The notes under the pieces were generated by a model. It saw only the letters and a program-made list of their open reading frames with translations, made no database searches and had not been told where the DNA came from. A program made the translations under genes and the position numbers. 32,000 nucleotides of DNA from Candidatus Electrothrix sp. GW3-4. GTDB taxonomy: Bacteria > Desulfobacterota > Desulfobulbia > Desulfobulbales > Desulfobulbaceae. The DNA is taken from the NCBI RefSeq assembly GCF_037902255.1, contig NZ_CP147990.1, forward strand, positions 360,001-392,000, read 5' to 3'. This document shows positions 15,200 through 23,208 of this stretch, piece by piece (the stretch's first letter is position 1; each line of letters starts with the position of its first letter).

Positions 15200-16402
15200 T
15201 CACCATTCGTTTTTCATCAGGATATGGAGCTTGCATATCTGCTTGTCCGGTTTGCTTTCAGGCTTTTTGGCTGGCAGATCGACATGGAAGAGGAGATGAT
15301 CCGCATCACTTTTTTCTGCGTCCGGCTTGCCCAGGAGGGTGGTCTCCGGGCCCAGTTCACACTCCACATCCCGTTGATTTTGATAGCCCAGTTCCGCCCG
15401 CAGTTCGCGCAAGGTTTCGCCGATATCAAGGGTGACAGGGCTTTCCTTAAAATTCTCTATCTCATATTTCACGATCAGGTCGTAGTCATATAGATTGCCG
15501 TTAATGCGCTTGCGCTCATTACGATCGATAGTACGCTTGACCACAATATCGCGTGCCACTCCGAGATAGAGGGACATTTCGTCATCCTGAGGAGTGAATT
15601 TTCCCCAGTCCTCACCCACAAAAGCGGTACCGCCATGACCGTCCTCCTGAAAGATGCGGGTCTTGCCAAAGGGCAGGGATGCTTTACCCAGGCCGTTGGT
15701 CGTGTCGTTCTTGAGCACATAGTGCATGGGGATCTTGAGTTTTTTCTTGGCCGCATCAAGATAACCGTATTGGGCCAGGTCTGCGGTGTAGGTCTTTCGG
15801 ACCATGACCTCGGGGTACCTTGTTACCAGGAGATCCTTGGTCTCATCAATCCCTACCGAGCGGGTAAGCTGGTCTCCAAAACCAACCGAGATGCTGCTCT
15901 CTTTGTACTCTTCATTGGCTAGGTTTTTCAGGCGGAGGTATTGAGCAAGGTTAAGCTTTTTTTCATCATGGGTGGCGGTTGCCCTATAGTGAAACTCTTT
16001 CTCCAGTCCGTCCAGGATATAGCTGATGCGTACCTGAGCTGAACCGGAATGGGGGGAGGAAACAGCCCATACCAAGCTATTTTCATTGGGGGGATAGCTG
16101 ACCGACAGGACCTTCACTGCCTGGTCGGGAGTCTCTGAGGTATTCAGGACCCGAAAGATCAGGGAGTCAGGAGAAATACGGGTATTGGCCCAGGAAAAAT
16201 CAACCTGGTTGATGCCCTTGACCAGCGGAACAATGCGTTCTTCTTCTACTAAGGTGGCCTGGGGGTGATCAAGCTGGATCTCCACCCGCTCCCGTACCGG
16301 CAGGGTGATGAGTTTGATGCGCGCCCAGGCCTCAAGCGGGACTATGGGGAGAGCGAGGAAAAGTAGGGCGAAGATGACGTGGGGTCTGGATATGTTTATC
16401 AT
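15200..16402 (-). CDS. secreted DUF4139/DUF4140-like protein, paralogue of the downstream gene
   Basis: I chose the ATG at 16402, preceded by AAGGAA. The product starts with the signal peptide MINISRPHVIFALLFLALPIVPLEAWA. It shares the N-terminal pattern VEIQLDHPQATLVEEERIVPLVKGINQVDFSWANTRISPDSLIFRV. Confidence 0.65.
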   Translation of the reverse strand: MINISRPHVIFALLFLALPIVPLEAWARIKLITLPVRERVEIQLDHPQATLVEEERIVPLVKGINQVDFSWANTRISPDSLIFRVLNTSETPDQAVKVLSVSYPPNENSLVWAVSSPHSGSAQVRISYILDGLEKEFHYRATATHDEKKLNLAQYLRLKNLANEEYKESSISVGFGDQLTRSVGIDETKDLLVTRYPEVMVRKTYTADLAQYGYLDAAKKKLKIPMHYVLKNDTTNGLGKASLPFGKTRIFQEDGHGGTAFVGEDWGKFTPQDDEMSLYLGVARDIVVKRTIDRNERKRINGNLYDYDLIVKYEIENFKESPVTLDIGETLRELRAELGYQNQRDVECELGPETTLLGKPDAEKSDADHLLFHVDLPAKKPESKPDKQICKLHILMKNEW

Positions 16403-16513
16403 GTGCCGTTCCTTGGTGTTGGAGCATACCTGCCATCTCCTCGGCAAATATGTTGGTTCGGACTGCTTTACCGTGTTTTATCCTGTCAGCGTATCGACAG
16501 GAATCTTTCTTGA

Positions 16514-17368
16514 TCAGCTTTCATCCTGATTATTTCCTCTGGGCAGGGTCGTCTTCAGGTAATCTTCGTTGGTCTCAAAAATTGGTTCCACCCCATTTTG
16601 CTGGCGCATCAGGGGGATGACCTTGGTACGCACGCCCATACCTCTGGCATCAACATAGCCGTAATCACGGAGAATTTCCATGATTAGAGGATTGCGGGGA
16701 GAGCGCTGGCCTGCAATCATCTTGGCAATGGTCATGGAGTTTTGCAGGGCTCCCGGACTGATGACCTCCAGCCGATCCGCATAGCCACTGACCTCAATAT
16801 CCACGGACCGCGACCAGTCTCGATGGGCCAAGGCATTGATTACCGTCTCCCGGACCGCCTGCATGGGGTAGAAAAACTCTTTGCCCCGGTGCATGTTTTC
16901 GTCGATGTCATCGTCTTCGCAGGAGATAAAAGGAAGGATCGCTGCTGAGAACTGTTCGATTATCCCCTGATCCACCAGTTCCCGGCGTTTATTCGCCATG
17001 CGCCAGCGCCCCACCAGCGGGCCGTCAAGCACGGTGTCCAGACGGGCTTGGTATTCCTTGTCCCCGCCGGTAAAGGCCATGACCCGCAGTCCGGCTTGGG
17101 GCAGAAATCGTCTCGGGCGGATGCCGAAGCAGACCAGCCCGGCAATGGAACAGACCGTATTGCCCAGCCCGTCTTCCGCCATCAGGCCAAGGCCCAGGAG
17201 ACGTTCGATCCACTGCTCGCGGTTGGTCGGTACTTCCGGGTCTTCAATGATTGCAGCGAGGTAGAAGTTGAGTCGGTCCAGATCCAGGGAATCTATCGAG
17301 GTCCCGGCGACAGGCAGGGTTTCAACGTGGAGCATGCCGCCGCTTTCAAGGAGTTCTGCTTTGCGCAT
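16514..17368 (-). CDS. HATPase_c_4-type ATP-binding putative transcriptional regulator (RecG-C-like), lacking the usual N-terminal AlbA_2 domain
   Basis: The motif AVRETVINALAHRDWSRSVDIEVSGYADRLEVISPGAL...RNPLIMEILRDYGYVDARGMGV is present. The 284-aa product starts inside the 3' end of the upstream SGNH gene. Confidence 0.65.
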   Translation of the reverse strand: MRKAELLESGGMLHVETLPVAGTSIDSLDLDRLNFYLAAIIEDPEVPTNREQWIERLLGLGLMAEDGLGNTVCSIAGLVCFGIRPRRFLPQAGLRVMAFTGGDKEYQARLDTVLDGPLVGRWRMANKRRELVDQGIIEQFSAAILPFISCEDDDIDENMHRGKEFFYPMQAVRETVINALAHRDWSRSVDIEVSGYADRLEVISPGALQNSMTIAKMIAGQRSPRNPLIMEILRDYGYVDARGMGVRTKVIPLMRQQNGVEPIFETNEDYLKTTLPRGNNQDES

Positions 17369-18161
17369 TGGGCCTGGTTGAAGATGTGTTCATACGATGA
17401 GGCGCTGTGTCGTCCACGGAAAGATTGGCGATGAACTGCCCAAGTTCCCGATTCAGCACCTTATACCCTTCTTGGTTGAGATGCAAGAGGTCCCGGCTAT
17501 ACTGGGGACGGATTTTTCCATCCTCGCCGACAAGGATGGAATATGCATCAAACACAAGGATGTTTTTTGCCTGCAAGGAGGAAATAAAGGTATTGGCCTT
17601 AACAATAGCGGCCTCCACATCTTTTGACCAGAAGAGTTTGCGGGCCAGCGGGACTTTTCCTGCCGGGAAGATCGTTGTCAGCAGGACGGTTATTCCCTGG
17701 TCAACAGCGCGTTGGGTGAGTGCAGCAAGATTTTTTTGGAGATCGGTAAGGATTTTGTCACGCTGCTCCGGGAAGAGGGCAATGGTTTTGAGATCATTGA
17801 TGCCTGCCTGGATCAGGATGATATCCGGGGCCAGAGGACGGACATGGGCGTCGTAGCGCATGAGGATTTGGGTGGATGTTTGGCCGCCGATTCCCCGGTT
17901 GAATAGCTCATATCCGGTAAGATCGGGTTGCGTCCACTGCTCAATCCTTGAATCGCCAAAGAAAACGATCCGTTGTGCTTTGCGCTTTTTCTCTGGATAA
18001 AGTGCTGGCGTTGCAGGGAATAAGGATACGCCGATGGGGTCCAGTTGAGTTGCATTGAGTTGAAGGTAGAACTGTCTGGCCTGTTTGAATAAGGCGAAAC
18101 AGAGGAGCAGAGATGCTGCCAGCAGGGTTGTCAGGAGGAGAATGGTCAGTTTGGAGAGCAT
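17346..18161 (-). CDS. SGNH/GDSL-family hydrolase with N-terminal membrane anchor or signal
   Basis: The four family blocks are present: FFGDSR, GIGGQTS, AGINDL and DLLHLN. The N-terminus is MLSKLTILLLTTLLAASLLLCFALF. Confidence 0.75.
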   Translation of the reverse strand: MLSKLTILLLTTLLAASLLLCFALFKQARQFYLQLNATQLDPIGVSLFPATPALYPEKKRKAQRIVFFGDSRIEQWTQPDLTGYELFNRGIGGQTSTQILMRYDAHVRPLAPDIILIQAGINDLKTIALFPEQRDKILTDLQKNLAALTQRAVDQGITVLLTTIFPAGKVPLARKLFWSKDVEAAIVKANTFISSLQAKNILVFDAYSILVGEDGKIRPQYSRDLLHLNQEGYKVLNRELGQFIANLSVDDTAPHRMNTSSTRPNAQSRTP

Positions 18162-18193
18162 TGAGTTGTTATATCCCTATGGCGTCAAATTGG

Positions 18194-18219
18194 AAAAAAA
18201 ATTTAAACGCATGGCGTTT
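18194..18219 (-). terminator. weak hairpin plus T8 tract after the FGE paralogue
   Basis: The minus strand reads AAACGC-cat-GCGTTT followed by AAATTTTTTTT. The stem is short and AT-rich. Confidence 0.3.
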
Positions 18220-18326
18220 ACTCCGCGCTTTAGCACGGCCCTGGGGTCGGCTCCGCTTTTCGACCCTGCATGGCCTTACGGGCGCTCCGTTTTTCTGATG
18301 TTACTTGATCCGGGCCTGGGCTTGGC

Positions 18327-19232
18327 TCACACCTGAACTCGGGCACAACGAAAGCCGAAACTGCCGAGGCGGAGGTCAGGCTCGATCCAGTCCCGGCAGG
18401 CGGAACGGCAGAACCTCGCCTTGCTGAGCCAGGAGCCACCGCGTACAACGCGGTCCTCGTCGGGCTTATCGTCCTCCCAAATACTGCCGTCTTCAGGTGC
18501 GTCGTGATAATTCTCATGCCAAGGATCAGTAACCCATTCCCAGACATTACCCAGCATGTCATAGAGTCCCCAGTCATTGGCCTGCTTTTGTGCAACCGGA
18601 TGAGTGCCGCAGGGATTGCTGTTGAATTGACGATCGTCGAGATATGAGATTTCATAGCCGTTGTCCAGCTCAAAACCTTCCCCGCTGTTCCCGCCGTACC
18701 AAGCAAGAGGGTGAAGGGCAGGGGCGTTGCCGTCACCGATAATGTCTATTGGGCCGGTATACAGAGCAGTGCTGCTCCCTGCCCGGCAGGCGTATTCCCA
18801 CTGGGCCTCGTTGGGCAGGCTCAGCTCCAGGCCGGGGAGTTGCTGATTAATCTTTTGTACGAATTTTTGACAATCCCCCCAGCTTACTGTCTCCACTGGC
18901 CGAACGGGGGATTTAAAATTACTCGGATTCTCTCCCATCACAGCCAGCCAAAGGGCCTGAGTGACTGGGGTTTCGAAGAGCCAGAAACCTTTGCTGATGC
19001 TCACCCAATGCTGCGGTCCTTCATAACCCAAACGCCCTGGTTCATCCTCGGGTGAACCCATGAGAAAGCGACCCGGTCGTATCCAGCGCATCCGTTGGGT
19101 CACCGGTCCGTCTTTTCCCTCCACGGTGAATTCTACCCAGACCCCATAGCTGTCCTGGCCCCAGCCACTGGCCCAGGGGGGCGGGGTGCCGTTGGCAAGA
19201 GGGTGCTGCGCTGTGTTGATCGGTGTGGTCAT
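18327..19232 (-). CDS. stand-alone FGE/SUMF1-type (formylglycine-generating-enzyme fold) domain protein
   Basis: The 301-aa product contains RMRWIRPGRFLMGSPEDEPGR...WEYACRAGSSTALY...GLYDMLGNVWEWV...RGGSW...FGFRCARV. By eye, roughly three quarters of its residues match the C-terminal domain of the upstream 895-aa protein. Confidence 0.8.
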   Translation of the reverse strand: MTTPINTAQHPLANGTPPPWASGWGQDSYGVWVEFTVEGKDGPVTQRMRWIRPGRFLMGSPEDEPGRLGYEGPQHWVSISKGFWLFETPVTQALWLAVMGENPSNFKSPVRPVETVSWGDCQKFVQKINQQLPGLELSLPNEAQWEYACRAGSSTALYTGPIDIIGDGNAPALHPLAWYGGNSGEGFELDNGYEISYLDDRQFNSNPCGTHPVAQKQANDWGLYDMLGNVWEWVTDPWHENYHDAPEDGSIWEDDKPDEDRVVRGGSWLSKARFCRSACRDWIEPDLRLGSFGFRCARVQV

Positions 19233-19248
19233 AGGGAGAATCTATACC

Positions 19249-19267
19249 CCCAGGGTGTTACCCTGGG
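19249..19267 (-). other. perfect 8-bp hairpin in the leader of the FGE paralogue
   Basis: CCCAGGGT-gtt-ACCCTGGG lies 17 nt upstream of the start codon at 19232. Confidence 0.4.
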
Positions 19268-19431
19268 CTTGATACATACAGCCCCGTTGGGGCATTTTGC
19301 TGATCCGGTAAAAAACGACCAGCCGGTGAGGGTTCGCCAGGCATCCGCCGCAGGCTACTAACACACCGGGGGCCATTGTGTTTTGCCATTCAAGTGCGAA
19401 TGGCTTGGAATGTGGCCTGTTCAGGTACGGG

Positions 19432-22119
19432 TCATCCAACCCGTTCGTGAGCTCGGGCACAACGAAAGCCGATATTGTCGTTGCGGTTGTCAGGCTCGTT
19501 CCTGTTCCGGCAGGCGGAACGGCAGTTCCTCGCCTTGTTGTTCCAGGAGCCACCGCGTATAACGCGGTTCTCGTCGGGCTTATCATTCTCCCAAATTTTG
19601 CCGTCTTCAGGTGCTCCATCATAATCCTCATGCCAGGGATCGGCAACCCATTCCCAGACATTTCCTAACATATCATAAAGGCCCCAGTCATTAGCCTGCT
19701 TCAGACCTACCGGATGGGTTCCGGCCCGTTTGTCGTCATACTGCTTTTCTTTCCAGTCCGAGGTATCATAACCGTTATCCAGCTCAAAATTTCTACCACT
19801 GTTGCCTCCATACCAGGCAATATCATCTAAGGCCGGGGCATTACGTTTCCCGATGATTTCAATCTCCCCAGTATACAAGGCTGTACTGCTTCCTGCCCGG
19901 CAGGCATATTCCCATTGGGCTTCGCTGGGTAAGCTGAGGTTAAGTCTTGATATCTGTTGATTAATCTCTTGCACGAACTTTTGACAATCCTCCCAACTTA
20001 CCTGCTCTACCGGGCGGTCAGGGCTTTTAAATTTACTTGGATTCTCTCCCGTAACTGCTTGCCAAAGTGCCTGAGTGACCGGGGTATCAAACAGCCAGAA
20101 GCCCTTGTTGATAGTCACCCAATGTTGCGGTCCTTCGTCATCATAACGTCCCGGTTCATCCTCCGGTGACCCCATCAAAAAACGCCCCGGCGGAATCCAG
20201 CGCATTCGTTGACGCACCGGGCCGTCCTTCCCTTCAACCACAAACTCCGCCCATAGCCCGAAGCGATCCCGGCCCATTGCATCTGCCCAGGAAAAATCAG
20301 GCAAGGTGCAACGGCGCAGGGTGAGCTGTTCGCAGTCGGTTTGTATGCGAAGTTGGTCGGCAGTAGTGGGCAAGGAGAGATGTTCCTGCTGCCCGGAATC
20401 TCTCGCCTGCAAATGATGAATCCTGCTCTGTCCTGCTACAAGATCGTGAGAATCACCATCCACATCCTTTTGCTCAGAAAAAGAATACTGCACAATCCCG
20501 TTGCGGCTCGACAACAGAGCCAAGGGACTGCCGTCCCCTGTCCGGGACAGGGAATGCGGAACAAACTGCAACTCACCCCCTGCCTGCACAGCAATAAACT
20601 TCCTGAGCGGCGCATCCCCACCATCAATCATCCCCGGTTCAAATCCCTCAGGAGGCTGATAGTCCGGCTCATGGCGATGCAGGGCATACACGGTTTGCAC
20701 AAGCTGCTTGCCGATACGAGAATCAGCCCAGAGACGTTGATCAGCCCGCGCTTCAATGCGTTTCAACCACTCCTGATCAGCAGCAACTTCAGCACCCGAG
20801 GCCGCTGCTATTTCAGCACAGAATTCCTGAAAATATTGGCGGGCGTTCTCCCGATCTTGTCCGGGAATACCGTCCAAAGACTCCCTGTCCAGATTCAGCA
20901 GCTCCTCATACCAGATCTCTTCAGGGAGATAGCCCCGCCATTGCCGCAAAATTGCGAGGACCTGTTGTCGTAACGCTTCCGGTTCCTTGCTGATAAAGGC
21001 TTTTCGCAGCTTCTGTGTATATTCAGGATGCAGACTTGCTCCGGCACTGGAGCGGCTGGATATGGCGGGGTGGTTCCAGGTATCAAGCTCAGTTGTGATA
21101 TCCGCATCTCTGCCGAGCAGCCGCCGGACAGCACGTAAAAGGCCCGGCTCAATCCGTATCGCCGGAGAAATCAGGCACAGGAGGCGTTCGCAATGTTTTT
21201 CTCGGTTATCGACAGATTGGGAAATTTTGGTCCAGGGAATGATTTTCCAGACCGAGGTTAACTCCTGCGGAAGATGTGCTCTCCCGAGCGGGCAAAGGGC
21301 CAGAGGACGGCATTCGGCAGCCTGTATTTCCCTGCCGAATGCAAGCCACCATTGCCATAGGCTGCTCTTTCCCTGTATCGATGCTCCGAGATCTCCGGCA
21401 ATAAGTACGGTGCTGCCGGGCGGGGGCAGGCAATACCCTTGCCTGTAATCATCTCTGTTCTGAGGAACTGACAGACCTCTGCCGTCGCGCCAGATTGCCC
21501 GCGATAATCTGTCAGCGGCTATGGTCTGTATAAGCTTTTTGCGGAGATATTGTTGATCCTGCCAGAGGGGGACAAGGCGTATGCTACGGTCTTCTATGAA
21601 CTGGACATGCGGTCCCCAACGACGTCGGCGTTGCCGGGGGAGTTCAGCAAGAAAATGTCCCCGGCATATCCTGCGGACAGCAAGATCAACATCAAGGGCA
21701 TGACCGGTACGTAATGCACTCAGGTGAGAACGGAGGCGGGGGTGGAGTTCGCTCCAGGGTGCAAGCAGGTGCTGCTCAGGTGCTTGCAGCGGACGTTGTG
21801 TCCAGCCCTGATACCCGGTTGAGCCGGTGGAAGATGGGGGAGGAGTTTCCTCCTTTTCTTCGGCAAGGTATTCGTATTCTTCAGGGCGCCAGAAAGGGAT
21901 GTCCGCCAGCGGCTCCTTACTGAATTCGACCTCCTGATTATCTTCAGAATCGGAAAGAGGGGCAGAATACCTTTCTTGCTGAGAGAGGAGAGTTTGCTCC
22001 GGTTGCGGTGCCTGCCAATCGTACTCCAACAGTTCAGCAAGCTCCTGAGCCGCCTCAAGACCTTGACTGCCGAGAATTTCGGCAAGATCGGCTCGACCGC
22101 AAAGCCCTTGGTGTTTCAA
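19432..22119 (-). CDS. large multidomain protein: possible degenerate vWA-like module, helical and beta-rich middle, C-terminal FGE/SUMF1-type domain
   Basis: The 895-aa ORF has a TTG start that overlaps the MoxR stop (cTTGA). VQFIEDRSIRL ... STVLIAGDLG loosely resembles the vWA first strand/MIDAS and the last strand. The C-terminal part of about 275 aa is FGE-type (RMRWIPPGRFLMGSPEDEPGR...RGGSW...IGFRCA). Confidence 0.75.
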   Translation of the reverse strand: MKHQGLCGRADLAEILGSQGLEAAQELAELLEYDWQAPQPEQTLLSQQERYSAPLSDSEDNQEVEFSKEPLADIPFWRPEEYEYLAEEKEETPPPSSTGSTGYQGWTQRPLQAPEQHLLAPWSELHPRLRSHLSALRTGHALDVDLAVRRICRGHFLAELPRQRRRRWGPHVQFIEDRSIRLVPLWQDQQYLRKKLIQTIAADRLSRAIWRDGRGLSVPQNRDDYRQGYCLPPPGSTVLIAGDLGASIQGKSSLWQWWLAFGREIQAAECRPLALCPLGRAHLPQELTSVWKIIPWTKISQSVDNREKHCERLLCLISPAIRIEPGLLRAVRRLLGRDADITTELDTWNHPAISSRSSAGASLHPEYTQKLRKAFISKEPEALRQQVLAILRQWRGYLPEEIWYEELLNLDRESLDGIPGQDRENARQYFQEFCAEIAAASGAEVAADQEWLKRIEARADQRLWADSRIGKQLVQTVYALHRHEPDYQPPEGFEPGMIDGGDAPLRKFIAVQAGGELQFVPHSLSRTGDGSPLALLSSRNGIVQYSFSEQKDVDGDSHDLVAGQSRIHHLQARDSGQQEHLSLPTTADQLRIQTDCEQLTLRRCTLPDFSWADAMGRDRFGLWAEFVVEGKDGPVRQRMRWIPPGRFLMGSPEDEPGRYDDEGPQHWVTINKGFWLFDTPVTQALWQAVTGENPSKFKSPDRPVEQVSWEDCQKFVQEINQQISRLNLSLPSEAQWEYACRAGSSTALYTGEIEIIGKRNAPALDDIAWYGGNSGRNFELDNGYDTSDWKEKQYDDKRAGTHPVGLKQANDWGLYDMLGNVWEWVADPWHEDYDGAPEDGKIWENDKPDENRVIRGGSWNNKARNCRSACRNRNEPDNRNDNIGFRCARAHERVG

Positions 22120-23192
22120 GGGATGGCCTCCAGATTTGCTGCTGTTTCCTCTGTCCTCATATCTTCTGTAGCGGCATCAGGATGCTTTCGCAAGATAAAA
22201 CGTTTGATTTCGGCAAGCAGTTCTTCTTGGGCAGAGTGATCATTCGAGCGTTGTCCGATAACTGCACGGAGTAGGTCCAGGTACTCGGCCTGGCCAGGGA
22301 GAGGGTGCCAATGCTGTTGAGCGGCCTCTTGTCGGTCATCAATCAGGCAGTCAGCAGCTGTTTGCAAAACATTGTTGGAGGTCATTCCCTCAAAATGAGC
22401 CTGACCCCTGCTGATCAGGTGTTCTTTCAGGCGATTGCGTTCCTTGGGAAGCTGTAGATGTAGCACCAGGCAACGTCGGACAAAGGCATCGGGCAGGGCA
22501 CGCTCTTCATTGGTGGTGATAATAACCAGCGGCGGTGTTGATGAGGCCACAACAGGGCGGCCCAGGCCCTGGGGATGAAAGGAATGGGCACCCAAGGCCT
22601 CAAGCAGCCCGTTGGGTACATCTGATTCTGCCTTGTCAATTTCATCAATCAGTACCACGCAGCCATGTTTAGGCTCCCAGCCTTCCGGGTTCTTGGGGAT
22701 GCCGATTCCTGCTTTTTCAGCTCTCCCTTTCGCATCCTCCCAGGCAAAGGCCCACCAGAGCGCACGAGGACGGAGATAATCAGCAGGTGGCAGAAGCTGG
22801 GTGCTGACCTTGCAGGCAGCTGTTTGTTTCTTATCCTCTTTTGCTTCAGAGGAGTTGTCTATGCTCGCTTTAGGTTGGCAGCCGAGTATCTGGGCATCTG
22901 CCAACCGGGCAACCGCATCAAAATGATAGAGGAGATCACGGGATTCAGTTCTGGAGTCCACGGTCTGAGAGATAAAGGCCCGTTGCAGTTCTCCGGCAAC
23001 AGCCTTGGCTAATTGGCTTTTACCTATGCCCGGCTCGCCACGAACCAGAAGAGGGCGTCCTGCTGCCAGGGCAGCATTGACTGCTCGGATCTGATCCCGT
23101 TCAAACTGATGGACTAAGGCGGGCAATCCGGGCTGCGGTACCGAGGATTTGGGTCTGTAAATATGGCCGGGTTGGATTGTAAGAAAGTTCAT
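22116..23192 (-). CDS. MoxR/AAA_5-type AAA+ ATPase
   Basis: The Walker A motif is GEPGIGKS and the Walker B motif is CVVLIDEIDKA, followed by LLEALG and ...IITTNEERALPDAFVRRC. Confidence 0.8.
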   Translation of the reverse strand: MNFLTIQPGHIYRPKSSVPQPGLPALVHQFERDQIRAVNAALAAGRPLLVRGEPGIGKSQLAKAVAGELQRAFISQTVDSRTESRDLLYHFDAVARLADAQILGCQPKASIDNSSEAKEDKKQTAACKVSTQLLPPADYLRPRALWWAFAWEDAKGRAEKAGIGIPKNPEGWEPKHGCVVLIDEIDKAESDVPNGLLEALGAHSFHPQGLGRPVVASSTPPLVIITTNEERALPDAFVRRCLVLHLQLPKERNRLKEHLISRGQAHFEGMTSNNVLQTAADCLIDDRQEAAQQHWHPLPGQAEYLDLLRAVIGQRSNDHSAQEELLAEIKRFILRKHPDAATEDMRTEETAANLEAIP

Positions 23193-23208
23193 GGGAAATT
23201 TAGCGGTA

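Noticed and set aside
18230-18736. 168-aa minus-strand ORF and its look-alike 19242..19661 (139 aa), which share PTRTALYAVAPG..RRG.AVPPAGTG
   Set aside because: Both are alternative-frame shadows of the two paralogous FGE-type coding regions. Their similarity only reflects the underlying DNA duplication.
20341-20973. 210-aa plus-strand ORF antisense to the 895-aa gene. Similar antisense ORFs are 4763..5239, 8277..8822, 9760..10179, 17048..17434, 25848..26348 and 28527..29021.
   Set aside because: These are typical long antisense shadow ORFs in GC-rich coding DNA. They have Arg/Pro/Gly-rich low-complexity products, no start-site signals, and each is fully contained in a well-supported gene on the other strand.
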